Source: Fimbriosthenelais zetlandica
Lineage: Eukaryota
NCBI GenBank assembly: GCA_977030845.1
Contig: OZ365114.1
Coordinates: forward strand, 23,188,001 to 23,252,000
Direction: 5' to 3'
DNA: 64,000 nucleotides
Shown here: positions 52,871 to 64,000 of the stretch, in pieces
Layout: each line of letters opens with the position of its first letter
How positions within the stretch are numbered: the first letter of the stretch is position 1
Notes under the pieces: generated by a model
What the model saw: only the letters and a program-made list of their open reading frames with translations
The model's database searches: none
What the model was told of the DNA's origin: nothing
Position numbers and translations under genes: made by a program

Positions 52871-54990
52871 ATTTTTGGAATAGTATGGTCATTATTTCCA
52901 TTGATTATCGGAGCAATTAAGTCTTTGAAGGCAGCTCCAGCCAATGTGAATCGTGAACAAATATGAACCGACCCATTTGGGGAAAACCATGTTGCTGGTC
53001 AGTGTCATAGTGGTCATTGAGAATTGGTGACCACCAGGCCTGAGCATGATCTCAGTTGTTGATTCTCGAGGGTCTGGTGAAGCTGAGTGACCGGTGAACT
53101 GATGGATGGTCAGGCTGGGTTTAGTCTGGTGTAGGAAGAGGTATTTACAGGCAAACAGTGCCGTGATCCAGCCAATTAAAGGCTGTCAGTCAGCCCTGTC
53201 TGGATCTCTCATCATCACAGACACTGTAGTGACAGGCCAGCTTCACGAATGGCTACAGGGGTTACTCTGGATGGAAATGAAATTTGTACAACAAAATGTT
53301 TGCTAAAACTGTGAAATGCCTACAAAGGTTTGTGAAAAGATACATGTATAGACGTATCTTCACTCACTATTATAATACATTGGCTCAGGTATCAATGTGG
53401 TTAATTTAAGACGATACCTCATGTGTTAAATGAATTAGCTATACGGCTTACAATACAATGCTAATTGACCCTAACAAGATTGAAAGGGTCCCTCATGCTC
53501 AAACCACCCATTTCAACGTTAGAACCAAAGGAGGTGGGACTCTTGATCTGTCCCATAGAGGGCACTTTGTACTCCCGCCAAAGTGCCCCAGGCAAGTCAC
53601 ACGCCCCCTCGCGGATAATACCGACACTGTGATATACACCACCTCTCTTAGCCACCAGTGAGTGCCCTCTCAGCCCCGGGCCATTCTTCCGCCCCTCGAG
53701 GAAAAAGCTGCCTGTAATTTTTGGTAATTTTTGTGGTTGGGGAATATATTTTGTGTTAGCTTGAGGCTAATATGTGGCGAAGGTCTTGGTGTGGGGTGAA
53801 TTGGAGAGATAAGATGAGAAAGACATCTTGAAACTGTAGTTTGTACCTGTGGGAAGACTATACCCACAGTAATGTCTAGCCTATTGGGTGGTAGTAAATG
53901 ATTAACAGAAAGACAATGTGCATAACTGAGAATGAAGAACTAGCTGTTTTAGTCAGTTAGTAAGTTTGGTAAGGCCCTCTCGTAGTGAAGATATCAATCA
54001 AATCTCTGGCATCTACACGCCAAAGTAAGCAGACCTAATAGGCAAGATGGGGTCGATTCTTGTCTTGTCTGTCAGATAGAAAGGTCCACAGTGCCCTGGT
54101 CCAATCAAGCACAGAGCTGGCTAGGTGCTCCTCCAGAGTGTCCAGTGTGGCACGTGTCTGGACTGTATAAACACCTCTCCTACTGTCCTCCCATATCACT
54201 TTGGTATAAAGAAGGTCTGAACAGTCCACTCTGCACACATGGTCAAATACTTGGCTCTTTGGCGTCCTATAGTGGCCTTTGTTTATGTGTATGAGAAGCA
54301 TCGAAACAGATCTTTTACTAGCCCTTTTACTTCACCTTTATTTAGCTTATCATATTTTCCCATTCCCTGCTCTTTTATCTTCGTTTTGCCATTTGGGAGG
54401 TACCTAAATAAGCCATTCCCTTCTTGCCTTATCCGATCATCAGACAGCTAAAGCCATTTAAGGTTGAAAGTTAATTATTTTGCTGTTCTTTTTTCTCTGG
54501 GGTGAAACAGAAATGGTTTGTCTATCTCTGGTCGACCCTGCTTCCTGGGCGGAAGTACTCCTTTCCCCATTGCCCGTGAAGCATGTCGGGAGACTTGTAA
54601 TTAGTTCTTATTTTTACCGACAGATGGACGATCATCCCGGGAGATAATGAGAGTATTCACCCCAATATATCACGGCCAGGTATAAAGAAGCCCTCTCTGA
54701 ACTAACGGTATACTGACGAGAGGGCCTGCAGGGGCTTCTTTGCCAGCCTGAGGGCCTTTCAGAGGGGCAGGGAAAGGGCATTGTTTTATCTGTGGGTCAG
54801 ATCATCAGAGGAATGGCTGGTCAGCCTGCTGTTAGAGCTTCATTGTTTGACTGTGATAATTAAAATAGATAAGATTCACCCGCTGATTTTTAAACTATCT
54901 CAGCCTGAGGAAACGTTTGAAAGAGGAAAAAGATCGAGAAAATTCCCAGCGACGATCTGGGCACGGAACACGGAAAATGTCGGAATATGA

Positions 54991-55076
54991 CGCTCATCGG
55001 GCGTCATCAAACACAGCCCTCATTGGGCGTCATATAACACTCATTGTACGTCATATAACGCTCATTGGGCGTCATA
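54991..55076. repeat. Four ~21-bp tandem units
   Basis: Consensus cgctcattgggcgtcatataa, at 54991, 55017, 55038 and 55059. Confidence 0.85.
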
Positions 55077-58000
55077 CTCGTTGTTAACCATGCTTATAAA
55101 CTTACTCCCTCAATTTGTTGGAGGAAAAGCACCCATTGACTCCACAGGCCGTGTCAGTCAATTGGTGGCAGAATGTTCTTACCTCAAAACCACATGAAAA
55201 TATGTTACACCATGCAAATTGCAAGACCTCTATTTTCCTTTTCGGTGGGCTAAAAGAAAAGAGAGACCGCAAATTTAGCCAGAGGGTGACAGGCCTACCC
55301 TTCCCTTCGCTTTCTTTTCATATTCTTCACCCACACCCATATACCATTAGACCTCGTGTGACTGATTGAAAATCACCTAGAGGCCATCGTGACTTCCCGC
55401 TGTCCGCCTACCTGAGAGCCGCCGCATAGGTGGCGAGGCAATGGGTGAAAATCACATCATTATGATTATTAGAATAGTTGAGTTTCAAACAATATATATG
55501 ACTTTAACTCCCCGTATTGACAACTGCTTGGGTGGTTGAGGATGTCAAGGGTGCCATTTGAAAAACTAAACACTTCTAGCATCAGTAAAGTGTTAAATAA
55601 AAAGAAGTCTAGTCTCAATAATTGCAGGGAGTCTTTTCTCTATCTTATGTTTTTCCTTTGACTCTTTTCACATTATTTCAATTTGTTGCATTTTAAAGAC
55701 AACTTCAATTGTACGCCATGCACCCAAATTGGTTTTGAACTTCATGTTCATAAATAATGTCTTGAGACAAAGTGGATATATTTCTTTAAAAGTTAAAAGT
55801 ATACGATTATTTGGCACGCAACTGAGTATATTTGTAGTGAAGGGTTACAAACGTCATACATTTAGGGTTTGTCGGGCATTCTTGTGGATGATTGTATGCT
55901 TCTTGTAAATTCCGGAGCCTCAGGGATCGGCATTGTATACTAGACTCGTAGATGCACTCCGGATTCCAGGTGCATCCTACAGTCATTTGTCCAATATATT
56001 GCACCATGTTAAAGCTTAGCCCCCCCCCCTACCCCCCAAATAATAACCAAAAATTTGTTAAAATGATCCATGTCTTCCGAAATCTTGCGACGCAATTCAG
56101 TGATGTAGGCCTATATTTTGTTTCAGGGCATATATTCTTTCGGTTTTAGCAGGGGCTTTCAGGGGGATGATTATGAAGAGTGGATAGAAATCCCTGATGT
56201 GTATGTGACCTTATCAGACATTAATAATACTAATATGGTGACTGAGGTGGACTATAGGCTGTATAGAGTTTTGTATGCTTGAAGGCCACCTGTCCTCTTG
56301 ACCCTCGAGGACTGCACGACCAGGGGCCTCTCTCAACCAGCTGTATAATGAGCCGGCGTTCTTCATACATGGGCTGGTCCATCTATGGCAAAATCTGCCT
56401 TCAAATTATCCTTAAACATTTTTATTCCATACAGCAGGACCCCTATCAAGGCCCCCTTTCGAACATGATTCTGTTATTACTCAAATGTTTTTGGCCATAG
56501 GTCTAGACCCAACCCAGCCACTTTCTTTGTTTTTTTACCCTGACATCCCAAACTCCTCCTCTGGATCCTTGTGGAGAATATATATCCCTAAATATATCTT
56601 GTATATCTTTCTCTTTTGATCAGCATCGTTTCTTGATTGCCTTGTGGGGCTTAATTGAGCTTACCAATATTTCAACGATCTCTTTGCCTCATTCCAATTC
56701 AAGGCGACTCTGCCAAAGATATCTCTATTGCGTGTAATAGAGATCTATTGAACAAGTTTTCCGCATCCATAAGAAGTAGTATTTGCTTCAACTGAACATT
56801 AGGATCCATATATCCAATGTTATGGGAGAGAGCCTGCATTGGAACGAGGCTTTTAAGCTTATCTATATGAAGAGAAAACAAGAAAAGAAATACTCTCAGA
56901 TTGAATGTTACTAATAGTAGAGGACATACCTGCATACACAAGGAAAAAGATGTCAAAAAATGAGATCTGTTTTGACACCTTACCAAGCATGTGAAGCTAT
57001 AGGAGCACTGATTTATATTGAAGTAGATGTAATAAATTGATGTCTGGGGAATATCTTCTTGGGATAAGCTAATTAATACAGGTCACACATAGAGTGACGT
57101 TTATATTGCTACATGATTATTTTGTCACAGTGAACAGTGTCCTTACATAGACACGTGTATGGTTGATGGTCATATATACATTATACATAACACCCACCAA
57201 TCGTAAACGTCACCTGACCCACTTGTACACTTCCTCTAATTTCTAATAATCTCCGATCCTAGATGCCTTTAGAAATGCTTACACTAATCCCTGAAGATCA
57301 CTCCAATCGAGCAAAGAGAGAATGTTTAACAAGTTTCTCTATGTTAGATACGTAGATCTAGCTGTAGAGACATAGCTCATAGATCAGGATGTTTGTCAAC
57401 ATTGTGTGAACTCCAATTATATATAGGATGGTTGTCCATCTGCCAGGCATCCTTCCAAGTAGAGCTGGGTGTGTTGGCATTATTGGGTAAGCATAAATCT
57501 GAATTTAATTGTAAGTGTGACTGTTTACAGGATGAAACCATTCCTCCATGTATCACCAAGGTGTATCTAATTACTGGGATCTCATATAGTCCATGGATGG
57601 ATCTCAGAACTTTTTTTCAAACTTTTCAGTGAATAGCAATGAAAATGCAGTTTAGATGAAGATAAATTTCACCTTAAAGTAAAATATTGTCACCCACACT
57701 TTATTGATTATTATGTAAAGACACCTTGCGTTCTCTTTTAGAAACTTCAATAAACTAATATTACATCAAAGTTTTGAAGTAGAAAGAAGAGTTAGCTAAT
57801 TCTATGGGTGTGTACTAATGGGTTGGCTGAGGTTTACACAAGGTCGACCCTTCTCAGTACCTCCCATACACATGGGAAGCCCTCGGGCTGGAACAATATG
57901 TTCTGCAATCTTCCTGAAATATGGATAGAATATAACATGGAAAGGTTACAGCAGATCGGCATCTCTGGGCTATGATCAGATAATTCCCCCCAAAAGTTCA

Positions 58001-58663
58001 GTTATACCTGAATAAAAAAAACATTAAATTCCAAAATCAGAGCTCGATTAAACAATGGTTCGAAGCAGTAATATAGATGGGCCCAAATGTTGCTGGTACT
58101 TGGTTGAGCAAAAATGTGTTGAGCAGAGTAAATAATATAGGATTCCAGAACAGCTGAGCAGCTGGGCGGCACCTGAGGCGACATCAGGTGGCCTGGAGTG
58201 GTATTAGATTGTGTGCCTTCTCTCACTAATTGTACATAATTAGATAAAGGTTATTGAGGAGAAAATTGACTAGAGACGAAAATGATCCTAGTGGCATGAA
58301 AAACATGTTGGACACATGGAGATAATATTTCTAGTTAAATTGATTAATGTCTGATCTTTTTTCCTCTGGGAATTACCACTGACGTAGTCCTTTGGTCTCA
58401 GATTCTTATAGGATATCCTAGAAAATAAAAAAAACACATTGTCTTTTGCAGATATATCCATTTGGTGATAGCAGTACACCTAAATCCGAAATTACAGAAA
58501 AGAAAGTCCTCATCCATTTATTCATAGAAATGCAAAAACGCACAGAAGAACGTATAGGTCAAACCCATGTAGGTATACGTGAATTTCATCCTGAATAAAT
58601 TGAATTAAACATCTTTTTAAAGGTATTTATTAGAAGCTATAACACACTTCTTCTTTATCACAG

Positions 58664-61600
58664 ACTATAGAGGAAGAAGATATTGTAGACGAGTTGTTTG
58701 AAGACGATATACGTCTAACATTAAACCAAGCAGAAGAATTATTACAAGACTTATCGAAACGCCCCAAGCGAAAGCTAGCTGAACCTATAGCAAAAAGATG
58801 GCCACTCCCTATCTTATACGCCTTCGATGGAACCCACAGTAAGTATTCATTGCCATAGAACGCTGGTTAAATCTGTAATAAATGGTTATGAAGTTCTGAC
58901 TATTTCCATTATCTATCCATTACCCTTTCCGGAATTTGTATCATATTCAATTAAGAGATTCCATTAAACTTTTCAGGCGAGGTGGAGATGGATAAAATCC
59001 GCATGGCCTTGGCTTATTGGCAAGAGCTGACATGCATCACGTTCGGAGAATCTCAACATGCTTCGAATAAACTTCTCTTCGTCAAAGGCAGAGGGTGAGT
59101 GGCTTCTATAATTTATAACCACATCACAAATTATGAAACACTTATTTGGTCGTGCCTGTGGTATTATATTCCAAGTTGGCTTTCGGGTAATCGCATCGTA
59201 TAATGTGCGAGGATAGATCTATGAAGGTTTAATCATTGATGCCATGGTGAATATATTCTCATGAAGATGTTCATGTTTTTACCTTTCAGATGTTGGTCGT
59301 ACGTTGGTTACACCCATCAAGTAAATCAAACGATATCCATAGGAGAAGGATGTCAATCTGTAAGTTATATTTATACTGGATAATATTTATGATACTAGTT
59401 ACCATGGGGAGATTATATGGAATCCGACGCGTCTACGATAGGGAATCAGACGCGTCTACCATAGGGAATCTATAGAGAATCAGACGCGTCTACCATAGGG
59501 AAACTATAGGGAATCTGACGCGTCTACCATAGGGAATCTATAGAGAATCAGACGCGTCTACCATAGGGAAACTATAGGGAATAAGACGCGTCTACCATAG
59601 GGAAACTATAGGGAATAAGACGCGTCTACCATAGGGAATAAGACGCGTCTACCATAGGGAATCTATAGGGAATAAGACGCGTCTACCATAGGGAAACTAT
59701 AGGGAATAAGACGCGTCTACCATAGGGAATCTAGGTTGATAACTGGCAATATTTAGCCATGTACCCTCTCTGTTGCAGAACGGAACCATTGCTCATGAAG
59801 TGGGCCATGCCATTGGTTTCTGGCATGAGCAGTCCCGGCCGGACAGGGACGAGTACATCCTCATACACCGCCATAATGTCACCGACGGCAAGCTCTACAA
59901 CTTTGCTAAGAGGACATGGGGAGAAATCATTACACTCAATGTGCCCTATGACCTGGGCTCCGACATGCATTATGGCTCCAAGGTGAATATTAAAAGATTT
60001 TTTCTATACTAAGAACAGTGGAATATTTTTTTAATACTTGAGAGGCGATGATTGCTATTTTTAAAATGGCTGTTGCGGATTTAGGGTTCTTTATGTATAT
60101 AAAAAGTTCATGAATTGAATCACATTGTTTCATCCTCATTGAATGACCGTTCATTTCTAGACAATAGATGGTTAAAGAGATGATTTAAATTCTTTACTTG
60201 ACATGCCTTATGAAAACACATTCTGTTGGCACCATACTGTTCCTCATATTCTTGGCAAGGAAGTGTCTACCATACAGACAAGGAAAAACTGTCTGATCTG
60301 GAGCATTACGTGGGCAGATAATATACCTTTTGCTAACAGTTTCTTATTTGTTTCATTTTTCATGTACTGAAAATATTTGTCATTCTTCAGCAGCCAGACA
60401 CAGCTTGATGCAGAAGCACTCAAGGTGTTCCCACTAGTGCTGTCATAATTTTATTTCCACTAACAACATTATGATTTCCTCAAGACAGTTTTTTCATTAG
60501 CAGGCTTTGAAGTATGTAATTGAGGCGTCGGTAGTTCTTGCCAAAGCCTCCAGGGTTTTGTCTGATCCGGGCACAGATTCAGACGTGGGCTAGGGCTAAC
60601 CTAAATAGATCCATGTCTCACATTTTTGTTCATATTTATGTGGGCTATTTCTTTCAGAACCTCCTTTGGCATTTTTTTGGTTAAAACTCTCAGAATAAAA
60701 CATTCATTTCATGCATCGAAACCAGGGAAATTGATTAAATTGAGCAACATAATTATAACAAAGAAAGAATAGCATAACAAATTAAAAAGTCGTAATAGCC
60801 TACTTGTTATAATAATAAATATTTGTTTTTTTTGTCTGTAGTTTTATGCCAAGGACGTTAACAGCACTCTGACGACCGTGGAGACACGTGATCCCCTTAT
60901 GAAGCGTGTGGTTGGTCAAAGGCAGGAGCTTTCCTTCTATGATGTTAAATTAGCCAATATGGCTTATTGCGATGGTAAGTGTTAACAAAACCTAAAAGTT
61001 GAAGAAAAAATGGCTCCATTTCGATCTTATGTGTATGGAGAATATTTGAAGAGCCAAAGCAATGGGCGCGCTATAATTATAATCGTTCCTATTATAATTA
61101 TTATAATGATCACGGCACCATATGCCAAAATTCATGACACCTGGTTTAAATGGGTGTGTTTTTTCTCTTTTTTTCCTCCCAGGTCTTTGTACTTCTCAAG
61201 GTCTGAGACTTCCTCAGCCTTGTCAGCGGGATGGCTATCAGGATCCCAAGGCCTGCAACCGTTGTCGTTGTCCAGACGGCTTTGGTGGGACGTATTGTGA
61301 AACGGTGGCTTCAGGCCGCAGCGGTAAGCTTACATGTCCTGCACATTAGCATATAGACCTATTCATAACTATTATTCGTTATTTAAGTTCCCTTATCTTA
61401 AACACTCACCTTCATGTCAAAATTTGTTTCAGCCTACTGTGGTGGGGTGCTGTATGCCCAGAACAATGGGACCATCTCCTCGCCAGGCTACCCTATGAGC
61501 GAGTACCGAGCTAAACAGGGCTGCTCCTGGCTCATAAAGGTCAGTGATTCCTTACTTCCTCAAATGCCTTACAAAGTCTGCAAATCAATAACATTCAATG

Positions 61601-63683
61601 CCAGAAAGTTTTACTCTTGCATTTGAATGTAAAAACATGTAATTCGACCAATTGTCTATTCATTTCAGGCTCCCACCGGAAGCCATGTTTATCTAGAGTT
61701 TATGGGCACCTTTGGGGTCGCGGGCCACACCGACGTATGTAAAGATTATGTTGAAGTGCGCTATAACAGCAGCCTGGCCCTCACAGGTGCAAGGTCAGTA
61801 CCTTCAAGAAATATCACAAATGAAAAAGGTAATAGAATGTGACAAATTGTATGAATTAATATCATGGGAAGCTTTACTTAAGTTTAAATTGTTCTTCATA
61901 TAGATTCTGTCTGGGAAAAACTCCCACAGAGGTTATCAAGTCTGATTCGAACGAGATGCTGGTTCTGTTTCGTTCGTTCACGGAGAGTAGAGTGTGCGAT
62001 GATTTAAAATATCCCTGGAAGTGTAAGCTGGTTTTCACGGGCTTCAGGGCCAAATATTACACACGTGAGTTTTCTCTTACAAGAAATATATATTTTGAGA
62101 TAATGGAATGAATTAGTATAATTAATCTTTGTCCACATAAAAGGTCATGACATTGCTGAAGCAAACTGCATCTTGATTTTACAGAATCCTGCGGCGGATG
62201 TGGAAATTATCACGGCAGTGAGCAGCCGGCCTGTGTGCGCCGTATATCATATCCCTGCGCACACAGCTGGCAGGAGAAGGTAAAGGGACCATGTGCCCCC
62301 TCCTGGTGGTACCCCGACAACTGTGGACCCAGGTATGTCTACAGTCCTTATCTCAAATTGGGTCCAATATTCCAACCCCTTGTGTACCAATACTAATTGT
62401 TCTAAAGTAAAACAGGTCATATCCTATCCATTTCCATGTATAAACATGCAACCGTTGGTGATCATCTAAAAAGTATAATTATTGTTGATGCAATATAATT
62501 ACTTTCATTAAATGAAGATTGCCTCTGGGCCTGGGGTATCAGCTGCTATAATAGCACCTAGTGTTAATTGGTAGCAGCTTGAGAGAGTACCAGCTGATGG
62601 GAAATTAAAATAAGAAATTAGAAAAGTTTTCTCCTTTCCGTAATTTTCAAATTTGGTACTTTGCAGATTGGTCACGAGGGTACGATATGCTACATGCTTC
62701 AGAGATGAATATTATTGCTGTGATCATTTCTTATTAAGCGACAAAACATGCAAAAGTAAGCCTTCCATTAATTTGATGTGACAATTATCTCCCAAAATTA
62801 CTAATACCTATTTTGATCCTTTATCTTTAAGCAGAATGATTATAATGATTTCTTCTCTTCGCCCACAGGTTCCAGCGCCCAAAAGCGATCGTCGAATAAC
62901 GAAGCTTCCGTTTCCGGTGACCAACTGGTGGTGGTGCCCCCACCCGTCACCATCATGAACGACAACAACCTGACGCATGCGTGGTTGACGTGGTCAGACT
63001 GGGGGCGCTGCAGTCGTTCATGTGGCGGTGGCGTGCGAGCGCGCACGCGCAGATGTAGGGAGCATGGCGCATGCGGGTTAGAGTTAATTTTGATCAGATT
63101 TTGGCGTGACCTTATCCAATGAAAATAAAACTGGATCAAAAGACTGAATAAATAATGTAATTAAAAATCTACTGGGAGTTACGATGGCCCTTGTGTTAGA
63201 GGGGCATCAGTCGAGTTATCAAGTAAAATATTAACGCCCTATATAGTTTACCCCTTGCATTAACTATGTTCAAAAGCACTTCTATCAGATGAATAACATG
63301 AAATTTGGGGATGGCATTTCAATATTTTAAAGCTTATCCTGGAATCTATCTATAGCACCATTGTTTTCTTTTTGTTAGTGACCGTGATCTGGAGATCGAC
63401 CGTGAGCCATGTGGACAATCTGTATGTTACCGAGTTTGTCAGTCGACACGGGAGGAGCTCTGTGACTTTTGGTATTCATGTAAAAAGTATGTTACAGTCT
63501 TTCAACTTGATGATAATTTTGGCTTAATATATGCCGATATCAATAATATTTTAAATATTCAACTTATATAATTCATTTTGTATTATCTCATTTGCTTCCA
63601 GAACGTTTTACCATATATGTGAAGTTTATTGTGCTGCTGGATTCCGTCAAATGGGAGACCGTTGCCAATCCATTGCTGCATAA
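58664..63683 (+). CDS. Astacin (M12A) zinc metalloprotease, BP10/SpAN/nematode-NAS-like: prodomain-astacin-EGF-CUB-Cys module-TSP1-Cys module. Exons: 58664-58838, 58977-59094, 59290-59359, 59779-59982, 60842-60974, 61183-61323, 61433-61539, 61669-61793, 61904-62064, 62185-62332, 62667-62755, 62869-63076, 63379-63486, 63602-63683
   Basis: All junctions are GT-AG and in phase (2244 nt, 747 aa with exon 1). Motifs: FEDDI prodomain, RPKR cleavage site, [30 protein letters not shown] Met-turn, EGF-like [32 protein letters not shown]...ISSPGYP...CSWLIK, TSP1 [21 protein letters not shown]. Confidence 0.95.
59426..59733. repeat. 34/23-bp intronic minisatellite with ten GACGCGTC palindromes
   Basis: gacgcgtc at 59426, 59449, 59483, 59517, 59551, 59585, 59619, 59642, 59676 and 59710. 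Unit gacgcgtctaccatagggaa(actatagggaa)taa. Confidence 0.96.
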
Positions 63684-64000
63684 AAAGTGAATCAAAAAAG
63701 TTTGTCTTATTGATTGGTAGACATACATGCAAGTGGAGCATATTGGTATTGGTGGAAGGAAAATTAGTGATGCTCTTTACAAGACTGTACCACTCATGTG
63801 ATAACATAAAGAATTTCACAAATTGGAACCCCTTCAGAACCATGGAACAGCATCAGATGAGAATTAGGCTAACCTCTTCCCCTCAGATGCTTTGAACAGT
63901 ATACATGTAGGCCCTAATACAATTCAAATCAAAAAGCCATATGTAGCTCAAATGTGTAGCCTTTCGTGGCAGAATGATTCATTCCCCTTCCAGAATATAT

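Noticed and set aside
53461-53655. GGLSMRDP resembling the GGLG motif of non-LTR reverse transcriptases
   Set aside because: It is a single short degenerate motif with no other RT motifs nearby.

Overview
Animal (probably invertebrate bilaterian) genomic DNA with GT-AG introns; I found no rRNA, tRNA or CRISPR array. Bases ~1-36 kb hold no gene I can support. They look like decayed repeat- or virus-like sequence and include a duplicated 56-bp minisatellite carrying an 80-bp Tc1/mariner-type MITE. Bases ~37-64 kb hold three spliced genes that I assembled by hand with consistent exon phases. (1) A 485-aa secreted, probably GPI-anchored protein of unknown family (+, 37457-39062). (2) A 449-aa M14A zinc carboxypeptidase (-, 45873-41618). 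(3) A 747-aa astacin metalloprotease (+, 49625-63683) with the layout astacin-EGF-CUB-Cys module-TSP1-Cys module. The best finding is in the carboxypeptidase: the exon carrying zinc ligand His196 and the substrate-binding 197-199 strand is present as two intact, diverged 200-nt copies. Exactly one copy must be used to keep the frame, which implies mutually exclusive splicing that swaps part of the active site. The second-best finding is a duplicated EMI-like cysteine module in the astacin, whose second copy has lost a pair of cysteines. All translations are manual; no database search was possible.
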